Notes: generated by a model not told the origin, from the letters alone. Positions 8,071 through 17,985 are shown, counted from the stretch's first letter. The stretch is 41,420 nucleotides of DNA from Chlamydiales bacterium (GCA_036736085.1 DAINNB010000001.1:1-41420); one strand, 5' to 3'. Made by a program: numbers and translations.

Positions 8071-8924
8071 GATAAGCCCCGGTCTTTCGGGATGATTCTG
8101 CGGAGTGTGAATAAATCGCTTTCTTTGAGTTCCTTGATGCGCTGAGGAAACTCTTTCCAGGTATCGTAGGGAGCTGCGATAAATTTTCCTGTAATCCCTC
8201 TTGAGGCATCGGACACAAAGAACGCGGCAGCTGAAGCTCCTAGTTCAATCGGAACTCCTCCCCGGTCCACTTCTTGTTTTGTTTTTTCTACAAATTCAGC
8301 TCCTGCTTTTTCTTGCGCGTTCAAGGTTTGCTCGTGCAGCCGTGTAATCACAAATCCAGGAGCGATGCAGTTGACTTCAATATGATAAGGCGCCATCTCT
8401 TGCGCTATTGTTTCTGTGAAACGGACGACAGCCGCTTTTGAGCAGGCATAGGAAGTATAATTAGGAAACGGCGTTGCAGCGCCTCCTCCGGAAAAAAGGA
8501 CCAGTTTGCCCCCATTTTGCTTTTTCCATCGTTTGCAGCTTTGCCTTGCCACTAAAAAAGAGCCAAAGAGATTGATATGGACTCCTTGAAGCCATTCTTT
8601 AGGGTCCACCTCTGTGATAGATCCGATTGTTCCATAGACTCCTGCAGCATGGATTGTTCCATGAAGAGGTCCAAACTGAGATTCGAAGAGGTTTAGCGCA
8701 TTTTCAATTTGAGATTCTTCTGTGACGTCAGTTACGCAGCCTGAAACTTGAGAAAAACCCTCTTGGCGCAGAGACTCAATCGCCTTTTGAAGCGCCTCTT
8801 CATGCCGCGCGCAAAGAAAAACGTTAGCTTCCCTTTGAAGGCATTGTTTAGCTGCGGCAAGACCAAGCCCCATACTGCCGCCTGTGATGAAAATGTTTTT
8901 CTTTCTTAGATGGAACTCTGTCAT
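8061..8924 (-). CDS. classical short-chain dehydrogenase/reductase (SDR)
   Basis: ITGGSMGLGLA (TGxxxGxG) and YACSKAAV (YxxxK). Confidence 0.8.
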   Translation of the reverse strand: MTEFHLRKKNIFITGGSMGLGLAAAKQCLQREANVFLCARHEEALQKAIESLRQEGFSQVSGCVTDVTEESQIENALNLFESQFGPLHGTIHAAGVYGTIGSITEVDPKEWLQGVHINLFGSFLVARQSCKRWKKQNGGKLVLFSGGGAATPFPNYTSYACSKAAVVRFTETIAQEMAPYHIEVNCIAPGFVITRLHEQTLNAQEKAGAEFVEKTKQEVDRGGVPIELGASAAAFFVSDASRGITGKFIAAPYDTWKEFPQRIKELKESDLFTLRRIIPKDRGLSWQ

Positions 8925-8927
8925 AGA

Positions 8928-10214
8928 TCACATGAGGTGATTGAAAATTGTAAATCCAGAGGCCTGGATTGTTTCGTAGTCATCTGAAAAGTATCCATAA
9001 GGATCAAAAAGCCGTTTAGAGATCATGTGTTCTCCTAGCAGCTGAAAATCTAGATGTTTAAATTCAGGCCACTCCGTTAAGACGAGGAGAAAATCTGCAT
9101 CTTTTCCTAAGTCATAAGGGTTTTGTACTTTAATGATGCCCTCTATTGGTTCTATTTCAGACCAGTCAGCTTTTGGATCGAAAATTTTCACTTTGGCCCC
9201 CTTGCGCGTAAAATCCCGCGCCATCTCTAGCGGTATGCTTCTTCTTAAAGTGCTTGTCCCTGGTTTGTAAGTAACTCCAAGAAAACTGATGGTTTTTTGG
9301 GGGAACTGACCTAAAATTCTTCCCATCTTGTAGACGAGCAATTTGGGTCTTTGTCGATTGTGTTGCCAAATTTCTTGAAAAAAAGGAAACGTCCCTCCAC
9401 CTCTCGAGGTATTAATTTGGCTTAGAATGCGAAGGTCTCTTCCTAAGGTCCCTCCTGAAAATCCGACCCCAGCCTTGATGTAGGCTTTATTTCCAATGCG
9501 CGGATCGTGCTTCATTGCTTGGGTTACCTGCTTAAAATGAGCTTCCGATAAACCGCAGGCATCGGAAAGTTGGTTGGCAAAAGTGATGGATGAGGCCAAA
9601 AAGGCATTGATGGCGTGTTTCGTCATCTCTGCGCTATTTAAATCCATCGTAATGTAAGTGGCTGGAATAGAAGAAAAAAGATCTTTTACTCTTAGGAGCG
9701 CTTTTTCTTTGTTGCACCCGAGGACGATGTGGCCTGGCCGCAGATAATTGGCAATAGCTTCTCCTAGTTTTAGATTTTCCGGAGAATAGACGATGGGATT
9801 TTTCAATTTATTTTGCCATTTTTTGCATGTGCCGACAGGCACCTGCGAACTAATGATTAAAACCGCTTCAGAAGAGAGGTGAGGAGAGATTTTTTCTAAA
9901 GCTTCTTCAAGGATGTGTAGATCATAAAGATCTTGCTCATTGACAGGTGTATCATAGGTCATAAAAATAAATTCGCAGGCTTTTAAGGAACTGGGATCTA
10001 GTGAAAAAGTGATTTGCTTTTTCTCCAAGCCTGATAGCAGTGATGCGTCTAAATCTGGTTCATATAGAGGGGCTTTTCCTTGGGACAACGAATCGATAAG
10101 ACGGAGATCAAAATCACAAGCAATGACCTGATGGCCTAATTTTAGCCAAGCAGCTGCAGCAACACAGCCTAAATGCCAAAGACCAACGATTCCAATAGTG
10201 GGTTTTGTTTTCAC
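8928..10214 (-). CDS. UDP-glucose/GDP-mannose dehydrogenase family protein, atypical (catalytic Cys position appears to be Thr)
   Basis: N-terminal IGIVGLWHLGCVAAAAW Rossmann fold and family-length architecture. The active-site stretch reads GVGFSGGTLGRD where canonical enzymes have GxGFGGSC[FL]PKD. Confidence 0.7.
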   Translation of the reverse strand: MKTKPTIGIVGLWHLGCVAAAAWLKLGHQVIACDFDLRLIDSLSQGKAPLYEPDLDASLLSGLEKKQITFSLDPSSLKACEFIFMTYDTPVNEQDLYDLHILEEALEKISPHLSSEAVLIISSQVPVGTCKKWQNKLKNPIVYSPENLKLGEAIANYLRPGHIVLGCNKEKALLRVKDLFSSIPATYITMDLNSAEMTKHAINAFLASSITFANQLSDACGLSEAHFKQVTQAMKHDPRIGNKAYIKAGVGFSGGTLGRDLRILSQINTSRGGGTFPFFQEIWQHNRQRPKLLVYKMGRILGQFPQKTISFLGVTYKPGTSTLRRSIPLEMARDFTRKGAKVKIFDPKADWSEIEPIEGIIKVQNPYDLGKDADFLLVLTEWPEFKHLDFQLLGEHMISKRLFDPYGYFSDDYETIQASGFTIFNHLM

Positions 10215-11134
10215 AGTACATGCTCCTTAATAAATTGAATCGATAGCCTCAGCCCTTCTTCTAAAGATGTTTTTGGTTGCCATCCCAAAGACTTTGCTTC
10301 ATTTATGCAAGCTAATGTTTCTTCCGCTTCTCCCGGCAAGTTGGGCAGATAGGTAGGTTTTAGTGGAGAAGAAAGAAGGTTTTTAATTTTTTCAAAAATT
10401 TCTTGAATTGAATAATTTGATCCGCTTCCTAAGTTAAAGACTCTCCCATCAGTTCGAGGATCGGAAATAGCCTGTAGATGAAAATCATTGATATCGTCTA
10501 TATAAACAAAGTCTCTTTTTTTAGTTCCTGATCCGTAAATTACAGGGGACTTGTCTTGTAGAAGATGGAGGATGAAAGAGCTCATGACAGGAGGGATTGT
10601 CCTTCTGTAATCTTGCCTTGGCCCATAGACGCAAAAATATCTTAAGGCTGTTAATGAAAGATCTGAGTATTTTTTATAGCTCTCGGCAAGCAAACGGGCA
10701 GCAGCTTTGCTAGCAGCATAAAAGCTTTCTGGGGCCGTTTCTGTTTCAGGGGTCGGCATAAGCTGAATCCCTTCATATAAAGCTGAAGATTCTGCATAGA
10801 TTACTTTTCTAACTTGAGCGCGCCTGGCTGCTTCAAGAATATTGACAGTGCCCATGACGTTAATATCTACGGTCTCTACAGGATCCAACTGGCAGTCATG
10901 AATACAGTTTTTTGCTGCTAAATGAAAGATAGTGTCCACTTTTTTAAACAAAGGATAAATCTCTTGGCTTCGGATATCGAGAGAGTGAAATTGTAGTCCA
11001 GAGGGAACTTGCTTTAAGGAGCCCGCTGATAAATTATCAATTCCTATGACCTCATAAATGCCTTCGCGAAGAAGTCTTTCTGCCAAATTAGAGCCAATAA
11101 AGCCTGCAACGCCTGTGATTAAAATTTTTTTCAT
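10211..11134 (-). CDS. extended-SDR NAD-dependent nucleotide-sugar epimerase/dehydratase
   Basis: KILITGVAGFIGSNL and YAASKAA (YxxxK). Confidence 0.8.
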   Translation of the reverse strand: MKKILITGVAGFIGSNLAERLLREGIYEVIGIDNLSAGSLKQVPSGLQFHSLDIRSQEIYPLFKKVDTIFHLAAKNCIHDCQLDPVETVDINVMGTVNILEAARRAQVRKVIYAESSALYEGIQLMPTPETETAPESFYAASKAAARLLAESYKKYSDLSLTALRYFCVYGPRQDYRRTIPPVMSSFILHLLQDKSPVIYGSGTKKRDFVYIDDINDFHLQAISDPRTDGRVFNLGSGSNYSIQEIFEKIKNLLSSPLKPTYLPNLPGEAEETLACINEAKSLGWQPKTSLEEGLRLSIQFIKEHVL

Positions 11135-11839
11135 TTAATTATTGATTATAGTTAAAGCGTTTTGATAACTTTCAGGTGTGTCTATTCCTAAGCAGTATCC
11201 TTCAATTATGTGTCCAGATATTTTTATATCATTATGTATGCATTTTGGAAATAAATCGTTACCGAAATCGAAAAAAGTTTCTTCTGGTATAATTTCTAAG
11301 ATTTTAGGTTCTAATAAATAGACTCCTGCGTTGACATAATTTGAAATTGCTTGATTTCCTCCCTCAATAAAACCTTGAACGTAAGATCCTTTTAAAACAA
11401 CCCTGCCGCCGGCGATCCCTGTGTGAAGATGTTTTGAGCGATCAAAGACTCCAATCGACAGAGGCGTTTTCTGAGATTGGTGAAAGGAGATGAAGGTGTC
11501 GAGCGAAAATTGAAAAAGGTTGTCTCCATAGACGACTAAAAAAGTCTCTTTCCACTCTTCTTGCAGATGTTTTACAGCTCCAGCGGTTCCTAAAATTTCA
11601 GGCTCAAAAGCATATTGTATATTGAGTCCTAAATCATCTCCTTGGCCCAAATGGTTAATGATGTCTTCGGCTCTATAATGTAAATTAATCCAGATATCGC
11701 GAAAGCCAAATTGAGCAAGCCAGGTTAAATTTCTTTTAAGAACAGACTTCCCATGAACTTCGATCAGCGGTTTAGGAAGTCCTTTTGAAATAGAGGCAAT
11801 GCGGGTGCTTTTCCCTGCAGCTAATACTAATGCTTTCAT
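11135..11839 (-). CDS. hddC: sugar-1-phosphate nucleotidyltransferase, HddC-like (D-glycero-alpha-D-manno-heptose-1-P guanylyltransferase)
   Basis: MKALVLAAGKSTRI...LPKPLIEV is the nucleotidyltransferase signature. It lies directly downstream of the HddA-like kinase. Confidence 0.7.
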   Translation of the reverse strand: MKALVLAAGKSTRIASISKGLPKPLIEVHGKSVLKRNLTWLAQFGFRDIWINLHYRAEDIINHLGQGDDLGLNIQYAFEPEILGTAGAVKHLQEEWKETFLVVYGDNLFQFSLDTFISFHQSQKTPLSIGVFDRSKHLHTGIAGGRVVLKGSYVQGFIEGGNQAISNYVNAGVYLLEPKILEIIPEETFFDFGNDLFPKCIHNDIKISGHIIEGYCLGIDTPESYQNALTIINN

Positions 11840-11841
11840 TC

Positions 11842-12840
11842 TTAAAAATTTCCGACAATTTTTGATCCTTCAAAATTGAATGAGCACTGCTTATACCTGA
11901 GACCTGCATTTTCTAAGGCTGCTCGAAGAGTCTTTCTTTTCCCCTGTTCGCAGCAAAAGACAAAGAATCCCCCGCCTCCAGCTCCCATGACTTTTCCTCC
12001 GATTGCTCCATTTTGTCGAGCCAGATCATACCATTCATCGAGTCTAGAGGAGCTCATTTTGGAAGAGATCCGTTTTTTTTCTAGCCAGTGTTCATGGAAG
12101 AGTTTTCCCAAAGCTTCAATATCTCCTTGTTCTAAAGCTTCCTTGATATCGAACCCGATGCTTTTAATTTTATGCATAGCTTCGAGAGAATGATGGTTGT
12201 TTTTTTTGAGAATTTGCATCTGCTGATCTCCCAGTATCTCATTGGCGTCTCTTTGAATATTTGTATAAAAGATCATGAGCCTGTGTTGAAGCTCTGCTAG
12301 AAATTCTTTTTCCAAGTTGAGCCTCTCTACAATGACTTTGCCAGTCCGATCTATATTGAGAGCTATAATCCCTCCAAAAGCGGCTGCATATTGATCTTGC
12401 TTGCCTACGGGTTTTCCAATGAGCTCCATTTCTACTTTGCAAGCCTCTTCTGCAAGCTCTTGAACAGAAACATGGCGCCGCAAAAGAGTATTGAGTCCAT
12501 TGAGAAGCCCTACTGTATAAGAGCTGGAAGAGCCAAGTCCCGTTCCAGATGCGATATCGGCCATGGAACTGATTTCAAGGGGAGTTTTCCACTTCAGATA
12601 TTTTAACGTTTCTCTCACGACGTCGTGTCGGATCTGATCGATATCGTCTACATTCAAGCATTCGACTTGAGAATAATTCAGCTTGATCTGGTCGAGCATG
12701 ACGGGCTGATTGATACAGATATTCATGTGCAGATCTAAAGCAGCTGTGACCAAAAAACCGCCGTGCTCTCTGTAATAAGAGGGAAGGTCTGTTCCGCCTC
12801 CTCCTAATGGAAGCCTGAAAGGGGTTCGGCTGACAATCAT
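11842..12840 (-). CDS. hddA: GHMP-family D-glycero-alpha-D-manno-heptose-7-phosphate kinase (HddA-like)
   Basis: MIVSRTPFRLPLGGGGTDLPSYYREHGG closely follows the HddA N-terminus. GHMP motif GTGLGSSSS is present. Confidence 0.75.
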   Translation of the reverse strand: MIVSRTPFRLPLGGGGTDLPSYYREHGGFLVTAALDLHMNICINQPVMLDQIKLNYSQVECLNVDDIDQIRHDVVRETLKYLKWKTPLEISSMADIASGTGLGSSSSYTVGLLNGLNTLLRRHVSVQELAEEACKVEMELIGKPVGKQDQYAAAFGGIIALNIDRTGKVIVERLNLEKEFLAELQHRLMIFYTNIQRDANEILGDQQMQILKKNNHHSLEAMHKIKSIGFDIKEALEQGDIEALGKLFHEHWLEKKRISSKMSSSRLDEWYDLARQNGAIGGKVMGAGGGGFFVFCCEQGKRKTLRAALENAGLRYKQCSFNFEGSKIVGNF

Positions 12841-12850
12841 AAAACTCTCC

Positions 12851-13885
12851 TTAGAAACGATCTTTTAATTTGGATACATCAGCTCTCATCATGATTTTGA
12901 CGAGCTCTTCTACGGAAGTTTTTGGCTCCCAATGCAGTTTCGATTTAGCTTTGTGAGGAGCTCCCAGCAAGATATCAACTTCGGTCGGACGGAAGTATTC
13001 AGGAGAGACCTCTACTAAAACTTTTCCTGTTTTTCTATCGATCCCTTCTTCATAGATTCCAGATCCTACCCACCCAATGTTAATATCTAAAAACTGAAAA
13101 GCTAGTTCAACAAAATGTCTGACTGAAGTGGTTTTCCCTGTTGCCAGCACATAGTCATCTGCCAAAGGTTGTTGGAGCATAAGCCACATCCCTTCTACAA
13201 AATCATCGGCGTAGCCCCAATCTCTCTTGGCGTCCAAATTCCCTAAGATGAGCTTATTTTGCAGTCCTAAACTGATCTTAGAAGCGGCTATCGTGATTTT
13301 TCTCGATACAAATGTCTCTCCTCTTCTAGGACTTTCGTGGTTGAATAAAATCCCGTTGCAAGCAAAGAGGTTGTAAGCTTCTCTATAGTTGATGCAGGCC
13401 CAATAGGCATACAATTTAGCAACTCCGTAAGGAGATCTTGGATGGAAAGGGGTCGTCTCTGTCTGAGGCGTCTCTTTGACCTGGCCAAAGAGCTCGGACG
13501 TTGATGCTTGATAAAATTTTGCTTTCGGGTGCACTGTCCGAATGATCTCTAAAAGCCGAATAGTGCCTAAATCGGCAATATTTCCCGTATATTCAGGAAC
13601 TTCGAAAGAGACTTTCACATGGCTCATCGAGGCCAAGTTGTAAATCTCTTCAGGCGCTATTTTCTCTACAAGCTTCATTAAGTTAGAAGAGTCGCCTAAG
13701 TCTCCTTCATATAAAAATAACCTGTCTTTATATTCTTTATTTTTTAAAAGATGAGCAATCCTTGAGCAATTGGGCGAAGAGGCTCTTCTTATTAAGCCAT
13801 GCACTACGTAATTTTTTTTTAAGAGAAATTCTGTTAAATAAGATCCGTCTTGCCCTGTAATTCCTGTAATAAAAGCTTGTTTCAT
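12851..13885 (-). CDS. gmd: GDP-mannose 4,6-dehydratase family (Gmd; could equally act on GDP-heptose, DmhA-like)
   Basis: [43 protein letters not shown] and [10 protein letters not shown] are all classic Gmd motifs. Confidence 0.9.
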   Translation of the reverse strand: MKQAFITGITGQDGSYLTEFLLKKNYVVHGLIRRASSPNCSRIAHLLKNKEYKDRLFLYEGDLGDSSNLMKLVEKIAPEEIYNLASMSHVKVSFEVPEYTGNIADLGTIRLLEIIRTVHPKAKFYQASTSELFGQVKETPQTETTPFHPRSPYGVAKLYAYWACINYREAYNLFACNGILFNHESPRRGETFVSRKITIAASKISLGLQNKLILGNLDAKRDWGYADDFVEGMWLMLQQPLADDYVLATGKTTSVRHFVELAFQFLDINIGWVGSGIYEEGIDRKTGKVLVEVSPEYFRPTEVDILLGAPHKAKSKLHWEPKTSVEELVKIMMRADVSKLKDRF

Positions 13886-15114
13886 AGGGCTCTTCCATGG
13901 TCGGGGATTAGAGAGAGCCTTGGAACGGGAACGACAAACTTCCCCCCTTTGGAGAGAAAAGATTTTTCTCTCGTTAAAAACTCATCCATAAAATGGTAAG
14001 GAAGCGTGAAAAAATAGTCGGGGTTCATCTTTCGAGCCTCTTCTTCGGAAATAATCGGAATTCCTGTGACGGTTAACCGTCCATGTTTAATCGGGTAGCG
14101 GTCTGCGATAAAGGGGATAAGCTCTGGACCTATTTCCAAATAGGATAAAATCGTATTCCCTTTCGTTGAAGCTCCATATCCAAGGACAAGTTTGTTTAAT
14201 CTTTTTTGCGTTTTAAGAAAGTTGATGATTTCTTTTTTATTCTCTTGGATTCTTTTTTCGAATTGCTGATACGTTGCTGGTTCATTGAGTTTGAGAGATT
14301 TTTCTTTTTCTCTCATTTTGATGACATTGTCCGTTACAGAAGCCTGCCCTTTTTTTCGAACATAGAGCCGAAAGCTTCCTCCGTTGACATCATTGAGCTC
14401 CACGTCTTCTACTTCAAAGCCGCTTTGATCAAAAATATAGTCCATGGCCTGCAGGCTATAGTACTCTAGGTGCTCTGAGCAGATCGTATCAAAAGAGTTT
14501 CTCTCGAGCATTGTCGGAAGATAACTGTGCTCCAAAATCCATAGCCCGTTGTCTTTTAAAATGTTATGGACGTCTTTAGCGAATTGGACTGGATTTTCCA
14601 GATCGTAAAACATCGATATGCTCGTCACAATATCGGCCTTTTTTTCCCCGAGATGCTTTTGATAGGCCTCTTTGCTAAAGTAGGTATTAATATGGAGATC
14701 GCACTGCTTTGGTTTGATGTTTTTGGCCGGATCGATCCCCACTCGGAAAAAATGGCTAGGATAAGCGCTAAGTAAAGTGCCGTCATTCGATGCGATATCT
14801 ACGACGAGCGGTTTTTCTCCGAGCGTAGCTTTGCAGCGATCGAGAGCGCTCAGAACAATCGATTTTAAAGCGAGCTTCATCGAATCATTCACCCCAGACA
14901 TGTACCAATATTGGGAATACATCTCATCGGGATCTACAGTGTGGCGGAGCTGCACTAAGCCGGAATTGGGATTCAGGCAGACCGTTACGGGAAGCCGCTT
15001 GGGCGTTGGATCTTTCTTGTCAGGAAACGAGGAAAGCGGCAAATCTCCTAAATTTAAAATATCAATTAATTTTCCGCCTGAAATGCGACATTTTATTTTT
15101 TTTGATATTTTCAT
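13882..15114 (-). CDS. NDP-sugar C-methyltransferase family protein (TylCIII-like architecture)
   Basis: ~410 aa with a central SAM fold [12 protein letters not shown]. It is colinear with paralogue 33629-34876, which has the N-terminal CxxC...CxxC zinc ribbon; here the N-terminal cysteines are mostly lost. Its stop overlaps the gmd start (ATGA). Confidence 0.65.
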   Translation of the reverse strand: MKISKKIKCRISGGKLIDILNLGDLPLSSFPDKKDPTPKRLPVTVCLNPNSGLVQLRHTVDPDEMYSQYWYMSGVNDSMKLALKSIVLSALDRCKATLGEKPLVVDIASNDGTLLSAYPSHFFRVGIDPAKNIKPKQCDLHINTYFSKEAYQKHLGEKKADIVTSISMFYDLENPVQFAKDVHNILKDNGLWILEHSYLPTMLERNSFDTICSEHLEYYSLQAMDYIFDQSGFEVEDVELNDVNGGSFRLYVRKKGQASVTDNVIKMREKEKSLKLNEPATYQQFEKRIQENKKEIINFLKTQKRLNKLVLGYGASTKGNTILSYLEIGPELIPFIADRYPIKHGRLTVTGIPIISEEEARKMNPDYFFTLPYHFMDEFLTREKSFLSKGGKFVVPVPRLSLIPDHGRAL

Positions 15115-15151
15115 AAAAGGATTTCTCTATGTATTTTGGTTTTTTAAAGCA

Positions 15152-15180
15152 TTGTCAATATTCCAATGTTAATTTAAAGT
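15152..15180 (+). promoter_or_regulatory. candidate sigma70-type promoter in divergent intergenic region
   Basis: TTGTCA (15152-15157), 17 nt, then TAAAGT (15175-15180), about 25 nt upstream of the ATG at 15205. Pattern match only. Confidence 0.25.
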
Positions 15181-15204
15181 AAAATTTTATTCCAAGACAT
15201 TAAA

Positions 15205-16167
15205 ATGAGTCAGAAGAAAGTATTAATTTGCGGCGCGAGCGGTTTTATTGGTCATTATCTTGTTAAAAAATATAAAAAAGAAGGACATTGGGTTTGCGGC
15301 GTTAGTAGAAACTCTCCTCAATATGAGGCGAGTCTTGCCCATGAATTTATCTTGGCCGATTTAAAAGACCCTGGCGCTTTGGAAAAGGTTTTTCAAAAAG
15401 GGCCGTTTGACGAAGTATGCCAGTGTGCGGCGACCATTGGAGGCGCCCAATTTATAGAGGCTCATTCTGCTCAAATTCTTCGCGACTCTACCTTAATTCA
15501 TCTGAATGTATTGGAAATGTGTCGAAAAAGGGGAGTAGCCAAGATCTTATATCCCTCATCGGCTTGCGTCTACCCCATTCCTTCTTCAGAAACGTGCCTC
15601 TCTTCAAAGTACTCAGAAACTTCAGTCTATCCAGCCAACCCTTATACAGAATATGGCTGGGAGAAAATTTTTGGGGAGAGGGTTTGCATGGCTTATCAGA
15701 AAAAATATGGGCTCGATATTCGGATTGCCCGTCTTTTCAGCGTTTTCGGCCCGCTTAGCCCTTGGGATGGAGGAAAAGAGAAGGCTCCGTCTGCTTTATG
15801 CCGCAAAATCGCTTTGGCTAAAGAAGGGGATTTTATCGAAGTGTTCGGCAGCGGCGAGCAAAAAAGAGCCTTTTTATCGATCGATGACTGTGTGGAAGGT
15901 CTTTGGCGGATCATGCAGGCCCCAGGTCCCTTGCCTATTTTAAATTTAGGTTCTGAAACCCAAATTTCGATGAATCAACTAGCCCTTTTAATTGCTGATA
16001 TAGCTAAGAAGAAAATCAAAATTAAAAATATCGGAGCCCAAATCGGGTTTCATGAGATGACCTCCGACAATCGATTGCTTTATGAAACGCTTCATTGGAA
16101 GCCCGAAGAAAACATTCGGGATGGTTTGGAAAATCTTTATTTTTGGATAGAAGGAAAATTGATTTGA
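15205..16167 (+). CDS. GDP-mannose 3,5-epimerase-like extended SDR (divergent paralogue of 27203-28225)
   Basis: VLICGASGFIGHYL, SSACVYP, YGWEK and GGKEKAPSALCRK parallel the GME motifs SSACIYPE / GGREKAPAAFCRK. Confidence 0.65.
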   Translation: MSQKKVLICGASGFIGHYLVKKYKKEGHWVCGVSRNSPQYEASLAHEFILADLKDPGALEKVFQKGPFDEVCQCAATIGGAQFIEAHSAQILRDSTLIHLNVLEMCRKRGVAKILYPSSACVYPIPSSETCLSSKYSETSVYPANPYTEYGWEKIFGERVCMAYQKKYGLDIRIARLFSVFGPLSPWDGGKEKAPSALCRKIALAKEGDFIEVFGSGEQKRAFLSIDDCVEGLWRIMQAPGPLPILNLGSETQISMNQLALLIADIAKKKIKIKNIGAQIGFHEMTSDNRLLYETLHWKPEENIRDGLENLYFWIEGKLI

Positions 16168-16238
16168 AGATTTATTAATTTGCATGAAACTAATTTAATT
16201 TTTATTATTTAGTTAGGCTTTAATATTATGGTTGTTTC

Positions 16239-16937
16239 TTGGAAGAGATTGATTTAAGCTACTTTGAAAAAAAGGTATTTAGCCAAAATGGGGAAGATGG
16301 GGTTCTTGAAAAAATTTTTCAAGAAGTTGGAACCACTTCCAAATACTTTGTCGAATTTGGAACCGGGGATGGCAGCGAATGCAATACCCGTTATTTAAGA
16401 GAAACAAAAAATTGGAAAGGTCTTCTTTTAGATTATAAATATGTAAACCCATTAATTAATTTACATCAGTGTTTAATTACTGCTGAGAATATTTGTGAAA
16501 TATTTGAAAAGCATGAAGTTCCTACTGAGTTTGATCTACTTTCTATTGATATAGACGGCAACGATTTCTATGTACTGAAGGCCATTTTAGAAAAATATCG
16601 GCCCAGAGTGATTGTTGCAGAATATAATTCCTGGTTTGAGATCCAAGACAAAATCGTTCCTTATCATCCGTTCTTCAGGGCTGATGCCACTAATTATTGG
16701 GGAGTCAGCATTACGGCTTTGTACAATCTAGCCTCTAAAAAAGGTTTTTCGCTGATCTATGCAGAAGATAAAGGAGTTAACGTATTTTTTGTAAGAAATG
16801 ATGTGTTAAACGACTCTCTTTCTCATTTCAAAAATACAAATCGGATCGAAAAAATCTACAAAGATCCCCGTTATATCTATCCTGTTGAATACAGAGTTCA
16901 CGATAGGCCCTTTGTAAAATCTACAGATTTTTTATGA
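16239..16937 (+). CDS. FkbM-like/SAM-dependent methyltransferase-fold protein
   Basis: FSQNGEDGVLEKIF...YFVEFGTGDGSECNT...LLSIDIDGNDFYVL...VIVAEYN. TTG start at 16239, with no in-frame ATG nearby. Confidence 0.5.
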   Translation: MEEIDLSYFEKKVFSQNGEDGVLEKIFQEVGTTSKYFVEFGTGDGSECNTRYLRETKNWKGLLLDYKYVNPLINLHQCLITAENICEIFEKHEVPTEFDLLSIDIDGNDFYVLKAILEKYRPRVIVAEYNSWFEIQDKIVPYHPFFRADATNYWGVSITALYNLASKKGFSLIYAEDKGVNVFFVRNDVLNDSLSHFKNTNRIEKIYKDPRYIYPVEYRVHDRPFVKSTDFL

Positions 16938-17962
16938 GCGTTGTTATTTTGGCTGGAGGAGAGGGCTCAAGGGTTTGGCCTTTATCAAGAAATGAGTTTC
17001 CGAAACAGTTTTTAAGTTTCGGAAATGAGCCTTCTCTTTTACAAAAAACCATCCTTCGCTTCACTGACAATCCCCTCGTCAAAAAAATCCTCATCTCAAC
17101 GAATACTCAATATGAGCATCTTGTCCATCGTCAAATTGAAAAACTCGGCGTCGAAGCTCTTTGCGACGTCCTGACAGAACCTCTCAAAAGAAACACAGCG
17201 CCAGCTATGGCCTATTGTGTAAAATATCTCGAAGACCTGCACCTGATCTCTCCTGAAGAAACAATTTTGGTCCTTCCCTCAGATCACGTCATCGAACCCA
17301 AAGAGGTCTTCCATCAGCACATAAAAAGCGCTCAACTTCAGGCCAGATCCAAAATCATCATTTTCGGAGTCAACGCTCAAAAACCAGAAACCGGCTATGG
17401 ATACATAGAAACTGGCTCTTCCCACGACTCTTCCACCTACAAAATCAAAAAATTCACTGAAAAACCCTCCCTAAAAGAAGCCGAGCATTATCTCTCCCAG
17501 GGAACCTACTACTGGAATTGCGGAATTTTTCTCTTCTCCCCTTCCATCTTCTGGCAAGAAATGAAACTCTACGCCCCAGAAATTAATCGCCTCTCCCAGC
17601 ACCCGTTTTCAAGCATCAAACACCACTACAGTGCTTTCCCAGATATCTCGATTGACTACGCCCTTCTCGAAAAAACTAGCGAATCCCTTCTCTGCCCCAT
17701 CTCTATCTCCTGGACCGATATAGGGTCTTGGGACAGCATCTACGAAGTACTAGATAAAGATGAGCACCAAAATGTCATCATCGGAGAGGCCGAACCTCTC
17801 GAAACCCAAAATAGCCTGATCATCAGCCATGGCAAAAAAAGGGTCTCCACCATCGGAGTCCAAAATCTCCTCATCATCGACACAGAAGACGTTCTTCTCA
17901 TCGTCCAAAAAGGCAACTCCCAAAAAGTCAAAAAATTATCCAAAAAATCTTCCCGTTCATAG
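16934..17962 (+). CDS. manC: mannose-1-phosphate guanylyltransferase (nucleotidyltransferase domain only, no isomerase/cupin domain)
   Basis: VILAGGEGSRVWPLSRNEFPKQFL, LPSDHVI, GYGYIE, YYWNCGIFLF and WTDIGSWD are typical ManC/CpsB motifs. Confidence 0.85.
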   Translation: MSVVILAGGEGSRVWPLSRNEFPKQFLSFGNEPSLLQKTILRFTDNPLVKKILISTNTQYEHLVHRQIEKLGVEALCDVLTEPLKRNTAPAMAYCVKYLEDLHLISPEETILVLPSDHVIEPKEVFHQHIKSAQLQARSKIIIFGVNAQKPETGYGYIETGSSHDSSTYKIKKFTEKPSLKEAEHYLSQGTYYWNCGIFLFSPSIFWQEMKLYAPEINRLSQHPFSSIKHHYSAFPDISIDYALLEKTSESLLCPISISWTDIGSWDSIYEVLDKDEHQNVIIGEAEPLETQNSLIISHGKKRVSTIGVQNLLIIDTEDVLLIVQKGNSQKVKKLSKKSSRS

Positions 17963-17968
17963 CGTAAG

Positions 17969-17985
17969 TAAGGGCTCCGCACTTA
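17969..17985. repeat. solo AAGGGC-N3-GC(A)CTT hairpin motif (degenerate arm of the palindromic repeat family)
   Basis: taagggctccgcactta sits exactly between the convergent stops of manC (17962) and the DMT gene (17986). Confidence 0.5.
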
